Counted from the stretch's first letter, positions 45,530 to 56,266 are shown. The stretch is 64,000 nucleotides of DNA from Candidatus Acidiferrales bacterium (GCA_050747085.1 JBOGNK010000175.1:1229-65228), one strand, 5' to 3'. The notes: generated from the sequence alone by a model not told the origin. Translations and numbers: made by a program.

Positions 45530-46720
45530 ATGCCAAAAATCGATCACTTCGAATGTTCTCGATGCAAAGAAAAAATACCAGCGGGGGGCCTGCAAACGCT
45601 GTGCCCGAAATGCGCCGGCTCACTTTATGTCCGCTACGATCTGACCGGCGTTCGCGGAACGCCGAATCGCGATGCGATTGCGAAGGACGCGTCGCACTCA
45701 CCGTGGCTCGGCATGTGGCGCTATCGCGCGGTGCTTCCCGACGTTCAACCCGTCACGCTCGGCGAAGGCTGGACGCCCATGCTGCGCAGCCGCCGCCATC
45801 CCAGTCTCTACATCAAGGAAGAAGGCGCGAATCCCACTGGCTCGTTCAAAGCGCGGGGACTGGGTCTTGCCGTCACGATGGCGCGGCATTACGGCATCCG
45901 CAAAATCGCGATACCATCCGCCGGCAACGCGGCGGGAGCGCTGGCCGCTTACTGTGCCGCGGCTAGAATCGAGGCACATATTTTCGTGCCGCGCGACGTT
46001 CCCTTCGCAAATTACGTCGAAGCGCTGTCGTACGGGGCAAACGTCACTCTGGTGGACGGGTTGATTTCCGACTGCGGCCGCATCGTCGCCGAGCGCAAAA
46101 AGAAGGAAGGGTGGTTCGATATCTCCACGCTGAAGGAGCCATTCCGCGTGGAAGGCAAGAAAACGATGGGGTACGAACTTGTGGAGCAGCTCGGCTGGGA
46201 GTACCCGGCTGCCGTGTTTTATCCGACTGGCGGCGGCGTAGGCTTGATCGGCATGTGGAAAGCGTTCGGAGAACTTGAAGAATTAGGCTGGGTAAAGGGC
46301 AAGCGACCGAAGATGATCGCGGTGCAGTCGACCGGCTGCGCGCCGATCCCGCGTGCTTTCGACCAGGGCGCGCAGACGAGTGAAGCGTGGAAGAATGCTG
46401 CGACCTTCGCATCGGGCTTGCGCGTGCCGAAGGCATACGGCGATTACATCATCCTCGAAGACGTTCGCGCATCCGCCGGAACAGCGCTCGCCATTCCCGA
46501 TGACGAAATTCTTTCGTCGCTGAAAGATTGGGCGCAGAACGAAGGAATCTTTCTTTCGCCCGAAGGAGCGACGGCCACAGCCGCCTACGATCGCCTGCTA
46601 GCGAACGGATTTCTCAAGCCAAGCGACCGCGTGGTGCTGTTCAACACGGGCGCCGGCTTGAAGTACGTCGACGTGATCGCGGAAGCGATGGAAATTCAGC
46701 GCCCATCTGCGGTCGCGTAA
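45530..46720 (+). CDS. thrC: Threonine synthase (with an N-terminal Cys4 ribbon)
   Basis: CSRC...CPKC, NPTGSFKARG (PLP Lys), PSAGNAAGALAAY, GGGVGLIG. Confidence 0.88.
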   Translation: MPKIDHFECSRCKEKIPAGGLQTLCPKCAGSLYVRYDLTGVRGTPNRDAIAKDASHSPWLGMWRYRAVLPDVQPVTLGEGWTPMLRSRRHPSLYIKEEGANPTGSFKARGLGLAVTMARHYGIRKIAIPSAGNAAGALAAYCAAARIEAHIFVPRDVPFANYVEALSYGANVTLVDGLISDCGRIVAERKKKEGWFDISTLKEPFRVEGKKTMGYELVEQLGWEYPAAVFYPTGGGVGLIGMWKAFGELEELGWVKGKRPKMIAVQSTGCAPIPRAFDQGAQTSEAWKNAATFASGLRVPKAYGDYIILEDVRASAGTALAIPDDEILSSLKDWAQNEGIFLSPEGATATAAYDRLLANGFLKPSDRVVLFNTGAGLKYVDVIAEAMEIQRPSAVA

Positions 46721-46794
46721 CGGGATCATCGCTCGCCGGCCTGGAACTACTAGTCTCTGCGAACTCAGGAGCGTCCGTTCGGATGCGCTCGATG

Positions 46795-49700
46795 CTATTT
46801 CGGGTCGAGTTTTCTGCCCGCGTTGAGATGATCGAAGTTCATGATCGTGTTCAGCACCAGCGAGTAGCTGCCAATCGTTTCGCCGCGATATATCGGATTG
46901 TTTGAAAACAGAATGACGTGACCTTCCCCCGACGGCACATCGATAACGGCTGCGTGGCCAGCGATCTCGTTCCCTCCTTCAAGCAAACCTGAAACCAGCA
47001 AATCCTTCGCATCGGTATACCGCAAAATGACGCGTGGACGCATTGCTGGAGGGATCACGTCGATCCCGTTGCGCAACTGTTCGTCCGTCGGCGGCTCCGC
47101 TTGCCATTCCTCTACGTGCGGCCGTTCGGGAGCGGCCACAGGCTGACGGCCCGGTACGAAATCGGGATCGCCCAGCGAACCTCGGCCTGTGGGCCGACGG
47201 CCCATTCCGGGACCAAGCTGGCGAAAACGCCCGCCAAACGTCATGTCGGATAAGTTGAAAATCGGCCCATTGTCGCAATAGACCGAAAGCGATCCGGCAT
47301 AGCCGTATGCCACGGGGCTCGCGGAATCAACCAACTGTGCCTTCAAGACGCTCCCGACAATCTTCATCTGTCGCGGACGAGCCACGGAAACGCCGGGCGT
47401 CATTCCCAGCGACACAGCAAAATCCGACGTCCCCATCGTGGTCACCAGCACTCCGCCTTGCTTCACGAAGTCTTGTAAGTGCGCCACGCCTTCCCAGCCC
47501 AGCCCCGGACGCATGTCGGGCGTCGAATCAATCTTCCCGATGTTCGGTGTCAACGACGTGTTTTCCCATGGCAGCGGATTCCCCCAACCCGTGGGCATGC
47601 CGTTGATGATCGTCGTCGGATTGCCGCGTCCGACCGGTCCAAAGAGAATCACGTCGTACTTCGATCGCAGGTCCGTTTCGTGCGCGACCGTCTGCGTGCT
47701 GATGTACGCGTACGGAATCTGCATTTTGTCGAGCGCTTCGCGCCACCAGCCTTCGCCCTGCGTGGCAAGCCAGGTGTGCATCACGGCCACACGCGCCGCT
47801 CGGACTGGGTGCGTGTTTACCGAAGGCGCGGATTCGACGGCGTACGCCTCAAGTCCCAATTGCGAAGCCGCTTTTTGCAGATCGGCGTCACTGACATTCT
47901 TGACGATGAAAGATCCGCGATTGAATTTGTGTCCCGCTGCTTCGAACGGCTCCTCCGCGGTGTCGATCGACGCATCCTTCATTTCATACCGCAGCGTCGC
48001 GAGCGCCGTCTCGGCATTGTTGTTGATTACGAATACGGGGCCGGTGCCGTTGACCGCACCCGGCGCCTTGATGTCCGGCACGAGCTCCATCGGAACATCG
48101 AGTACAGCCTTGTCCGTCACGCGTGTGACCTGAACGTTGAACAACTCAGGAAAGGTCCACGCGGTGTCGTCGTATGGCGTTTTTTGCGGATCTTCGGGAC
48201 TCCAGTACTGGTGATCGAGCAGTGCGTCAGCAATGCGGGAGTACGGTTGGTCCATACGGACGATATAACTACCCGCCGGGAAGTTGATGGTTTTTTCAGT
48301 GGTCTTTTTTGTTTTGTCTCCGCCCGCATTTTCAGATGACTTGTCGGCCGTCTTTTCCTGCACTTTAATGGTTACGGAGAACGCCTGTTTCGCGCGCGAG
48401 ATCTCGCAGCGCTGCATGCGCAGCACATCGAGAAGCTGCGCCTGCGCGCCGGGACGCGGATCGTTCGCCGGAAAAACGTACGCCGCCGGCCCTTCATTCG
48501 TTGGCTTCAGCACCGATCGCTTCGCCTTCAGATAGAAGTTCTTCAGGAACAGGTTTCTGTTCTGCTGGAAATAGTGCATTGATGTGAGCAGGCCGGTTTC
48601 TTCATAGTTGTTGTTGTCACGCTGCGACCACAGAATCTTGGGCAGCGGCGGATTCTGACGAAACCACGTGCGCGAGTATTCATTGGGCTGCAGAGTGCGC
48701 TCTACGGTGTCCGCGCCGCCGTTGCCGAATGTTTCATACAACCGGCTGATGCCATTATGTGTTGCGGCGATGAACATCAGATATCCCGGCGACCAGGTAT
48801 CAAAATCCCCATGGGTGAAGACGCCAGGCATGCCGAACTCCGTCATGTCCGCCACATTGCGCCAGGCGATCATTTCCCACTCGTTCGTCAGGATCGGATC
48901 GAGCCACGCATTGAACGGCCCATCACCCGCCGTATTGTCGTAGAGGTAAGGCACGGATTCGTGCAGGTCGTGAAGCACCTGCGCGTGCCAGTCCACGAAC
49001 GTGCTCAGCACATTCTGTGTCAACTTCAGGGTCATTCCCATTGCGTCGCGATTGTTGTCGTGCGCTACGTAGTGTCCCCAATAGATCAGCGAAGGCCAGT
49101 TCTCGTGCGGGTGCGCCAGGTGCCAGCGGTAGACGTCAACCATGCGATCTCGGCCGTCCACTTCGACAATCGGCGTAATCAGCGTGACCATGTTGTTGCG
49201 AATATCCTGAATGTAGGGGCTCTCGTCGACGGCGAGACGATACGCAAGTTCCATCAGGGCGGTCGGCGCGCCGGTTTCAGGTGAGTGAATCGTGCCCGTG
49301 ATGTAGTAAACGGGGACCGATGCGTCGACCAGCCGCTCGGCTTCGGCATCGTCCATATGAATCGTCCGCGGGTCCGCCAGTTTGGCGAGCCGCGCGCTGT
49401 TTTCATTTAGTTGTGCCAGATTTTGTTCTGACGAAACCGCCACCGCGATCATCTCGCGCCCTTCTTCCGTGTGACCGATTGAGAACACTTTTACGCGCGG
49501 GCTGGCCTTCTCGAGCATGCGCATGTACTTATAAACCTGGGTGGAATATGGCAGGATGCCAGGCGCCCCGGCCACGTCGCCGAGCACCGCTTCCGGCGTG
49601 GGCACCGTCTTCGATGCCGGCAGATAATTCACGAGTGGCGAGGTGAAGTACGGCTCGGTAGTGTACTTTTGAATTTTCGCCGTGTAGCTCTGGTCGATCG

Positions 49701-49833
49701 GCTGCTTCGGGTCACGCGCGGGCGTATGGTCTTGTCCGAATAGCGGCGCCCCTGCCAACAAACAGAAAACGAACGCGACGAACGCGATTGCCTTTACATG
49801 CGCGCGCTGACTTCCTTCAATGGTCGAAGACAT
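46795..49833 (-). CDS. Large secreted M14-family zinc carboxypeptidase-like protein
   Basis: Start moved to ATG 49833, behind a strong AAGGAGG. Signal peptide AFVAFVFCLLAGAPLFGQ. GTIHSPETGAPTALMELAYRL (HxxE zinc box). Confidence 0.7.
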   Translation of the reverse strand: MSSTIEGSQRAHVKAIAFVAFVFCLLAGAPLFGQDHTPARDPKQPIDQSYTAKIQKYTTEPYFTSPLVNYLPASKTVPTPEAVLGDVAGAPGILPYSTQVYKYMRMLEKASPRVKVFSIGHTEEGREMIAVAVSSEQNLAQLNENSARLAKLADPRTIHMDDAEAERLVDASVPVYYITGTIHSPETGAPTALMELAYRLAVDESPYIQDIRNNMVTLITPIVEVDGRDRMVDVYRWHLAHPHENWPSLIYWGHYVAHDNNRDAMGMTLKLTQNVLSTFVDWHAQVLHDLHESVPYLYDNTAGDGPFNAWLDPILTNEWEMIAWRNVADMTEFGMPGVFTHGDFDTWSPGYLMFIAATHNGISRLYETFGNGGADTVERTLQPNEYSRTWFRQNPPLPKILWSQRDNNNYEETGLLTSMHYFQQNRNLFLKNFYLKAKRSVLKPTNEGPAAYVFPANDPRPGAQAQLLDVLRMQRCEISRAKQAFSVTIKVQEKTADKSSENAGGDKTKKTTEKTINFPAGSYIVRMDQPYSRIADALLDHQYWSPEDPQKTPYDDTAWTFPELFNVQVTRVTDKAVLDVPMELVPDIKAPGAVNGTGPVFVINNNAETALATLRYEMKDASIDTAEEPFEAAGHKFNRGSFIVKNVSDADLQKAASQLGLEAYAVESAPSVNTHPVRAARVAVMHTWLATQGEGWWREALDKMQIPYAYISTQTVAHETDLRSKYDVILFGPVGRGNPTTIINGMPTGWGNPLPWENTSLTPNIGKIDSTPDMRPGLGWEGVAHLQDFVKQGGVLVTTMGTSDFAVSLGMTPGVSVARPRQMKIVGSVLKAQLVDSASPVAYGYAGSLSVYCDNGPIFNLSDMTFGGRFRQLGPGMGRRPTGRGSLGDPDFVPGRQPVAAPERPHVEEWQAEPPTDEQLRNGIDVIPPAMRPRVILRYTDAKDLLVSGLLEGGNEIAGHAAVIDVPSGEGHVILFSNNPIYRGETIGSYSLVLNTIMNFDHLNAGRKLDPK

Positions 49834-50082
49834 TCCGCCTCCTTGCACACGAATTATGGCTGTCGATTGAAGACTCAATGCTTTACCGAAAAAGACAAGC
49901 TACATACCATTCTCCTCGAACGATGTAAAGCGCCGTGGTCCACGATCTCGCGGACGCCTGCTCGAACAAAATCGAACGAGCATGCGCTTCACTGGTATTC
50001 CATTCGAGCCGAAGCGTGACCTGGCCGGCGTCGTATAATGAAGGTGGAAGCTCGCGCGAAGGTTTATCGGGGAGAATTCGTC

Positions 50083-51072
50083 ATGAAAACTCGTAAGCTG
50101 GGCCGCCATGGTCCCACCGTATCGGCGATTGGGCTTGGGTGTATGGGCATGTCGGAATTCTATGGTAAAGGCGACGATCAGGAATCGATTGCGACGATTC
50201 ATCGCGCGCTTGAATTAGGAATGAACTTTCTCGATACGGCCGACGTGTACGGACCGTACAAGAATGAAGAGCTGGTCGGCAAAGCGATCCGCGGCAAGCG
50301 CGATCAGGTTTTCCTGGCCACCAAATTCGGAATCGTGCGCGACCCCAGCCAGCCGAATCTGCGCGGCGTGAGCGGTAAGCCGGATTACATCCGAAAGAGC
50401 TGCGAAGGCAGCTTGCGCCGGCTCGGCGTCGAGACCATCGACCTTTATTACCAGCATCGCGTCGATCCGGATACGCCGATTGAAGAAACTGTCGGCGCGA
50501 TGGCGCAACTTGTGAACGAAGGCAAGATCCGATACATCGGGCTGTCAGAACCGTCCGCGGCAACGCTGCGGCGCGCGGCGAAAGTGCACGCCATCACTGC
50601 ACTACAGAACGAATACTCGCTCTGGACGCGCGATCCGGAAAATGAAATCCTCCCCGCGTGCCGCGATCTCGGCGTCGGACTCGTCGCGTACAGTCCGCTC
50701 GGGCGCGGGTTCCTCACCGGGCGTTTCAAGAAATTCGACGACTTCCCTGCTGATGACTACCGCCGTAACTCGCCGCGCTTTCAGGGCGAGAATTTCGAGA
50801 AAAATCTCGATCTCGTGCGGAAAGTCGAAGAAATCGCTCGCGAGAAATCATGCACTTCGTCGCAGCTCGCGCTGGCATGGGTGATGGCACAAGGCGAGGA
50901 CGTAGTCCCGATCCCCGGCACGAAACACCGAAAATATCTCGAGGAAAACGCCGCGGCAGCCGAAATCAAGCTAAGCGCTGAAGATTTGCGGCGGTTGAAT
51001 GACGTGTTTCCTCAGGGAGCCGCCGCCGGCCCACGCTATCCAGAACACATGATGAAGATGGTCGGACGATAG
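50083..51072 (+). CDS. Aldo/keto reductase
   Basis: [59 protein letters not shown]. Confidence 0.9.
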   Translation: MKTRKLGRHGPTVSAIGLGCMGMSEFYGKGDDQESIATIHRALELGMNFLDTADVYGPYKNEELVGKAIRGKRDQVFLATKFGIVRDPSQPNLRGVSGKPDYIRKSCEGSLRRLGVETIDLYYQHRVDPDTPIEETVGAMAQLVNEGKIRYIGLSEPSAATLRRAAKVHAITALQNEYSLWTRDPENEILPACRDLGVGLVAYSPLGRGFLTGRFKKFDDFPADDYRRNSPRFQGENFEKNLDLVRKVEEIAREKSCTSSQLALAWVMAQGEDVVPIPGTKHRKYLEENAAAAEIKLSAEDLRRLNDVFPQGAAAGPRYPEHMMKMVGR

Positions 51073-51114
51073 AAGTAAGCACCACTGTCGCGAGCAATGT
51101 TGTTCCGAGAGATT

Positions 51115-51426
51115 TCAACCACGATCTCTGGTTTTTGAGGCGGCAAGAGCGAGTACCTGTGCAGACGAAACACCCGCAATCGAAACCCGTTTTGTGCGGC
51201 TTGATTCGCCGGTCACAATCCTGACGGCGCTGACGGGTACGTTCAGACATTCGGCGAGCACTCGCCGGAGCGCGTCGTTCGCGCGTCCTTCGACCGGGGG
51301 CGCAGTCAGCCGGACCTTCAACGCTCCAGCGTGTTCGCCCTCAATGGCGTTCCGGCTGGCGCGCGGTGCAACACGTACGTCAAAAATCGCACAACCGTTC
51401 TCCAGTTTGACGGGGATGCCTCGCAA
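51115..51426 (-). CDS. yggU: DUF167 (YggU) family protein
   Basis: VRVAPRASRNAIEG...LKVRLTAPPVEGRANDAL...VRIVTGESSRTKRV. Confidence 0.8.
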   Translation of the reverse strand: MRGIPVKLENGCAIFDVRVAPRASRNAIEGEHAGALKVRLTAPPVEGRANDALRRVLAECLNVPVSAVRIVTGESSRTKRVSIAGVSSAQVLALAASKTRDRG

Positions 51427-51431
51427 CGTCG

Positions 51432-51818
51432 TTAGCTTCCGCCCTTGTCACGCATCGATTTTTCGTCCCACAGCCGAACCACGTGCCCATCGGGATCGGC
51501 TATCTCCGCTCCGTAGCCCCAAAACAGTTTTCGTGGCGGCTTCAAAAAACGAATGTCCGAAGCAGAAAACTTCGCGTGCAGTCCTTCTACGTCCGCTACC
51601 TGAAATGTATTTATGCAGCCGCAGACGTGGACATCGTCAGGTACTTGCTCGAGGAAGAGAGTCAATCCTGCATCGTCCTGAAGCGCTGCCACGCCGAGCC
51701 CAGTGGCTCCTCCCTGTGGCACTTCGAATTCCAGCTTCAGCCCGAGTAATCGCATGTACCAATCGCGCGAAACGTGCCAGTCACGCACCGCAAGGCTCAC
51801 ATGGTCGAGCGTGGCCAC
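51432..51818 (-). CDS. VOC/glyoxalase-family protein
   Basis: LDHVSLAVRDWHVSRDWY...LGLK is the beta-alpha-beta-beta-beta module pattern. Confidence 0.7.
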   Translation of the reverse strand: MATLDHVSLAVRDWHVSRDWYMRLLGLKLEFEVPQGGATGLGVAALQDDAGLTLFLEQVPDDVHVCGCINTFQVADVEGLHAKFSASDIRFLKPPRKLFWGYGAEIADPDGHVVRLWDEKSMRDKGGS

Positions 51819-51819
51819 G

Positions 51820-52536
51820 CTAGTCTTCCTGTGCGGCAGTCTGATGTGTCCGCTCTCCGAAAATCGCGGTGCCTACGCGAATTTCGGTTGCTCCTTCTTG
51901 TATAGCCACCTCGAAATCGTGACTCATGCCCATGGACAGAACCGGCAGTTTGCGTCCGATGTGACGGCTCACCTCATCTCGCAGTTCTCGCAACTTTCGG
52001 AAATAGGGACGCACGCGCTCTGGATCGTCCAAGAACGGAGGGATCGTCATCAAGCCGAGCAAATCCAAATGTCCAAATGGCGCTATCGATGCGGCGAGTG
52101 AAGGCAAATCCGTTTTAGCAACGCCACTCTTTGTGTCCTCGTCGCTCAATCGAACCTCGATCAGCACGGGGAGGCTCTTCCCTTCCGCGGCTGCCGCCGC
52201 GTCGAGGCGCTTCGCCAAGGCGAGATCATCCACTGAATCGACGCGGTGAAACAGGTACGCCGCACGTCGCGTTTTGTTGCTTTGCAGATGGCCGATCAGG
52301 TGCCACGTCGCGTCGAGTTGCGCGACCGCAGGGCGTTTTGATTCCCATTCCTGGACGCGATTTTCTCCGAAATGGCGGAGCCCAACATCATAGGCAGCGC
52401 GAATCGCGTCGGCAGGAAACGTCTTCGACACGGCCACAATTGTAATCTCGTCCGCACGGTGGCCGGCGCGTTCTGCTGCTCGGGCAACACGCTCCCGCAC
52501 GCGCGCCAGATTCGAGGCAATAGCGGATCGGTCCAT
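51820..52536 (-). CDS. yggS: YggS-family pyridoxal-phosphate homeostasis protein
   Basis: IVAVSKTFPA (PLP Lys), FGENRVQE, WHLIGHLQSNK, LSMGMSHDFEVAI, GATEIRVGTAIFG. Confidence 0.9.
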   Translation of the reverse strand: MDRSAIASNLARVRERVARAAERAGHRADEITIVAVSKTFPADAIRAAYDVGLRHFGENRVQEWESKRPAVAQLDATWHLIGHLQSNKTRRAAYLFHRVDSVDDLALAKRLDAAAAAEGKSLPVLIEVRLSDEDTKSGVAKTDLPSLAASIAPFGHLDLLGLMTIPPFLDDPERVRPYFRKLRELRDEVSRHIGRKLPVLSMGMSHDFEVAIQEGATEIRVGTAIFGERTHQTAAQED

Positions 52537-52697
52537 CGACGCGATTCTAGCTTGAATGTCTGGTGGACGTGAAGCGCATCAACGAGTGTTCCCAGTTGTA
52601 AATCCACCGGCATATCCTTCACCCGTTCGCGAATCAGTTGACACGCGAACACTCGTGCTAGACTGACGCCTGCTTCTTGACAGACGGGCACCTCGGA

Positions 52698-53429
52698 ATG
52701 TCTCGACGCGGAAAAATAATTGTTCTCGAAGGGATCGATGGCTCCGGAAAGCGCACGCAGATCGAAATGCTCTCGCGCGCGATTGGCACGCGGAGGATTC
52801 CGCACGCGTGTCTCAGCTTTCCGCGATACGACCGGTTTTTTGGCAAATTAGTGGCGCAATTCCTGAATGGCGAGTTTGGCCCGCTCGCTGATGTCGATCC
52901 GCATTTTTCCGCGCTCCTATATGCCGGTGACCGCCTGGAATCAAAGCCCGAATTGGAAGCGGCGCTCGCGGCAGGGAAAATTCTTCTCGCCGATCGCTAC
53001 ATTGGTTCCAACCTGGCGCATCAGGGAGCACGCGTGCCTGCACAAAAGCGCGCCGCGTTCTTGCGTTGGTTGAAGCAGCTGGAATATGACGTCTATGGAT
53101 TACCGCGCGAGGATATGGTGATCTATCTTCGCGTCCCCATTGGCGAAGCCCATCGCCTCGTCGGCAAGAAAGCCGCGCGGCAATACACGAAGAGAAAGCG
53201 CGACCTGCAAGAATCGAACCTCGTGCATCTAAGACAAGCGTCGGCCCTGTACGATCGGCTTGCCTGCCAGCCAAACTGGATTTGCATTGATTGCGCCGAC
53301 AAAACGGCGCGCCGGGGACCGGCAACTGCATCTTTGCAAACGCCCGAGGCGATTCATCAGGAAATTCTGGAAGCAATTGACGCCCGCTTGAAGTTAGGCT
53401 TGGCAGCTCAGAAACGGGTCACACGCTAG
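52698..53429 (+). CDS. tmk: Thymidylate kinase
   Basis: GKIIVLEGIDGSGKRTQ P-loop, ADRYIGSNLAHQ, LESK. It has a longer C-terminal tail than usual. Confidence 0.85.
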   Translation: MSRRGKIIVLEGIDGSGKRTQIEMLSRAIGTRRIPHACLSFPRYDRFFGKLVAQFLNGEFGPLADVDPHFSALLYAGDRLESKPELEAALAAGKILLADRYIGSNLAHQGARVPAQKRAAFLRWLKQLEYDVYGLPREDMVIYLRVPIGEAHRLVGKKAARQYTKRKRDLQESNLVHLRQASALYDRLACQPNWICIDCADKTARRGPATASLQTPEAIHQEILEAIDARLKLGLAAQKRVTR

Positions 53430-53438
53430 GCGAATTGA

Positions 53439-54539
53439 ATGGGATTCAACGAATTTCTCGGCAATGAACGCATCGTCAGCGCGCTGCGGGGCATGCTCCG
53501 GCGCGAGCGGGTTCCCAACGCGCTGCTCTTCACTGGCCCGCACGGAATCGGCAAGTACACGCTGGCATGCATGCTCGCCCAAGCGGCAAATTGCGAGCGT
53601 CTGAAAGACGATTTCTGCGGCGCGTGTCCGCCCTGCGTCAAGATCGCTCGACTTGGCGATCCAACACCTCTGATCGAAGCCGGATTGACCGAGCGCGGCG
53701 AAAGCGCCGATGCCGCGACAGTCGACCGCGTGCCGCTCATTATCGAAACCAATCCGGACGTGTGGCTGCTCGTTCCCGATCCCGTGCGCCTGCGCACTCC
53801 CGTGGCGAGGCCGATGATCCGCATGGGGCAATTGAGAGCCGTGCAGCGCGCCGCTTATTTCAAGCCGCAGGGTCGTCGCCGCGTTTTCATCATGGACGGC
53901 GCCGACACCATGCGCTGGAACGATGCAGACGTGTTCTTGAAAATTCTCGAAGAGCCACCAGAGAGCGCTACGCTGATTCTCCTTGCCCCCACACCCGATT
54001 CCCTGCTGCCGACGATCCGCTCGCGATGCCTGCAGTTCCATTTCGCTCCCATCGCTTCGGAACAGATCGAAACTTTCCTGAAATCTCGGAGCGAGCGTAA
54101 GCCGGCCGAACGAAAACTAGCAGCGCAACTCGCTGCCGGCAGCCCCGGAGTCGCGCTTTCAATCGATCTTGAGGAATCCACGCGGTTGCGCAAAAGCATC
54201 CTTAGTTTGCTGCAACGAGCCGCGGCGGGCACAAGCTACAGAGAAATTTTCTCGGCGACGTCGCTGCTCGCAAAACAGGAGAAGGAATCGTTTGAAAATA
54301 TCCTCACCGTATTTTATAGTTTGCTTACGGACTTGCTGGAAATCTCCCAGGGTTCACAGAGCGGTCTTCCACGCAACCCAGACCTGCGGCGAGAGCTCGA
54401 ATCACTTGGCAAGCAGCTCAGCCTGGAATGGATTCTCAAGGCGACTGAGGGCATGGATCGGGTTGAAAGCCGTTTGAAACGAAACATCGGGCGACAATTG
54501 GGAATTGACGCGGTATTGGTGTCCCTGGGAACGCGGTGA
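53439..54539 (+). CDS. holB: DNA polymerase III delta-prime subunit
   Basis: NALLFTGPHGIGKYTLA, a Cys cluster (CGACPPC), VFIMDGADTM, NVFLKILEEPP, TIRSRC. Confidence 0.85.
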   Translation: MGFNEFLGNERIVSALRGMLRRERVPNALLFTGPHGIGKYTLACMLAQAANCERLKDDFCGACPPCVKIARLGDPTPLIEAGLTERGESADAATVDRVPLIIETNPDVWLLVPDPVRLRTPVARPMIRMGQLRAVQRAAYFKPQGRRRVFIMDGADTMRWNDADVFLKILEEPPESATLILLAPTPDSLLPTIRSRCLQFHFAPIASEQIETFLKSRSERKPAERKLAAQLAAGSPGVALSIDLEESTRLRKSILSLLQRAAAGTSYREIFSATSLLAKQEKESFENILTVFYSLLTDLLEISQGSQSGLPRNPDLRRELESLGKQLSLEWILKATEGMDRVESRLKRNIGRQLGIDAVLVSLGTR

Positions 54540-54649
54540 CGCGAGCGCAAGAATTATTTGCGATTTTTCGCGCATCTTCTGCAACCGAAAGCGCCGCAAA
54601 GTAGTCATAACACTAGTACTCCGTGCAAGAAATTCCGAAGGAGCAAGGA

Positions 54650-55006
54650 ATGGTGAATCGGAAACTGTTTCGTCCTACCCTTACGGAGGTGAAGGAGCCA
54701 TATCCCGTACGGCCGCCGCAATCGAATGGGCCTCAGCCGGGCCCCATGCCCCGGAAGAAACCGGCGCCGCCGGAGCAAACGCACGCGGAAGATTTTTACT
54801 ATGTCAAGCAGATGCAGTCGCACAATCCGATTGCAGTCGTGCTGAACGACGGGGAAGTCTTGCGCGGTACGCTTGAATGGTACGACCGTGATTGCATCAA
54901 ACTGACGCGTTATGGCAGTCCGAACCTCCTCATTTATAAGCACTGCATAAAGTACCTGTACAAAGAGGGCGACGAAGCGTCGCTTGGCGGGACAAACGGC
55001 CAGTAG
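54650..55006 (+). CDS. Hfq-like Sm-fold RNA-binding protein with a Pro-rich N-terminal extension
   Basis: Sm1-like IAVVLNDGEVLRGTLEWYDRDCIKL and Sm2-like LLIYKHCIKYL (compare the Hfq YKHAI box). ATG 54650 sits 6 nt behind GAAGGAG. Confidence 0.6.
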   Translation: MVNRKLFRPTLTEVKEPYPVRPPQSNGPQPGPMPRKKPAPPEQTHAEDFYYVKQMQSHNPIAVVLNDGEVLRGTLEWYDRDCIKLTRYGSPNLLIYKHCIKYLYKEGDEASLGGTNGQ

Positions 55007-55046
55007 TGCGGCAGGACGAGTCGCAATTTGGCGGATCGCTGTTCGA

Positions 55047-55502
55047 TCAGCGTGATTTTGGGTTCTTGTTGTCGAGCGGCGCCACGAAGAAGGTCATCAG
55101 CGCCTTTCCAACCAGGCGGCGAGTTTCATCGCGAACGTCGCAATCCACGACGGCGATGTGCGCGCCCAATCGCACCACGCGCGCTTCCGCGCTAACCCGT
55201 CCGTTGGAAACTGCCTCCAGGTAGTTGATTTTCATCTCGATCGTCGCAACCCGCTTGCCCGGCGGGCATGCCATATATGTGGCCAGCCCACCTGCGGTAT
55301 CAGCCAACGCAGCGAGCACCCCGCCATGGACCACCCCTTGCGTCTGTTTGTGGCGGTCGTCGACGGGCATCTCGATGATGACGTGTCCCGTCTCCGCTTT
55401 CGTCAGAACAAAACCGAATTGCTTCGCAACGTTAGTAGCACACAGACGTTCGCGCAAGACTTCGGCACTCGGATGCTCGGCGCGTTGCTTCGATCGCGTC
55501 AT
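55047..55502 (-). CDS. PaaI-family hotdog thioesterase
   Basis: VHGGVLAALADTAGG signature. Start moved to ATG 55502, a 1-nt TGATG junction with the SDR stop. Confidence 0.75.
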   Translation of the reverse strand: MTRSKQRAEHPSAEVLRERLCATNVAKQFGFVLTKAETGHVIIEMPVDDRHKQTQGVVHGGVLAALADTAGGLATYMACPPGKRVATIEMKINYLEAVSNGRVSAEARVVRLGAHIAVVDCDVRDETRRLVGKALMTFFVAPLDNKNPKSR

Positions 55503-56266
55503 CAGTACGCCGTGAATCCGCCGTCGAGTGGAAACGCGGCGCCGGTGACCCACTCCGATTCATCCGACGCCAGATAGACAGCCATCTGCGCGACGTCCTC
55601 GGGTTTTCCCATGCGGCCAAGCGGGATTTCCGAGCTCCTCTTCAGCCGTTCGGCTTCGGGGTCAGACAGCATGGATATGGATTGCATGCCCAACTCGGTT
55701 TCCACAATTGTCGGGCAGATGCAGTTGACGCGGATCTTCTCGTGCGCATGGTCAAGGGCCATCGCTTTCGTCAGTCCCGTCATTCCGAACTTCGATGCGC
55801 AGTAAGCCGCGCGTTGCTTTCGCGCGACGAGTCCCAAAGCGGAGCCAATGTTAACGATCGAGCCCCCGCCCGCTTTGCGGAACAAAGGTAACGCGGCGCG
55901 GGAAACGAAAAACGCGCCCGTCAGGTTAACCTCCAGCACATGATGCCACTCCTCATCACTCGTGTGATCGGCGTCGGCAACTACGACCGCCCCTGCATTG
56001 TTAATGACCACATCCAGTCGACCAAAGTATTCAGCCGCTCCCGCCAGCGCCGAGTCCACCGATTTGCGCTGGGTTACATCGGAGGTTACTGCCAAAGCGC
56101 TTCCGCCGGAGGCCTCGATCTCATGTACCACCGAGCGCAGCAGCTCACTTCGGCGCGCCGAGACCACCACCTGTGCGCCTTCTCGCGCAAAAAGTACTGC
56201 GCATGCGCGCCCGATGCCTGTTCCCCCTCCCGTAATAAATGCTACTTTTCCTGAAAGTCGCGGCAC
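55502..56266 (-). CDS. SDR-family oxidoreductase
   Basis: KVAFITGGGTGIGRA (TGxxxGxG), NNAG, and YCASKFG (the YxxxK box). Confidence 0.9.
   Translation of the reverse strand: MPRLSGKVAFITGGGTGIGRACAVLFAREGAQVVVSARRSELLRSVVHEIEASGGSALAVTSDVTQRKSVDSALAGAAEYFGRLDVVINNAGAVVVADADHTSDEEWHHVLEVNLTGAFFVSRAALPLFRKAGGGSIVNIGSALGLVARKQRAAYCASKFGMTGLTKAMALDHAHEKIRVNCICPTIVETELGMQSISMLSDPEAERLKRSSEIPLGRMGKPEDVAQMAVYLASDESEWVTGAAFPLDGGFTAY

Noticed and set aside
46721-46794. Imperfect hairpin (GAGCGTCC-GTTC-GGA[TG]CGCTC) between convergent thrC and the M14 peptidase gene
   Set aside because: The stem is bulged and has no U-tract on either strand, so it is too weak to call.
53394-54041. 215-aa minus-strand ORF
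   Set aside because: It is antisense to holB and the end of tmk and has no motifs.
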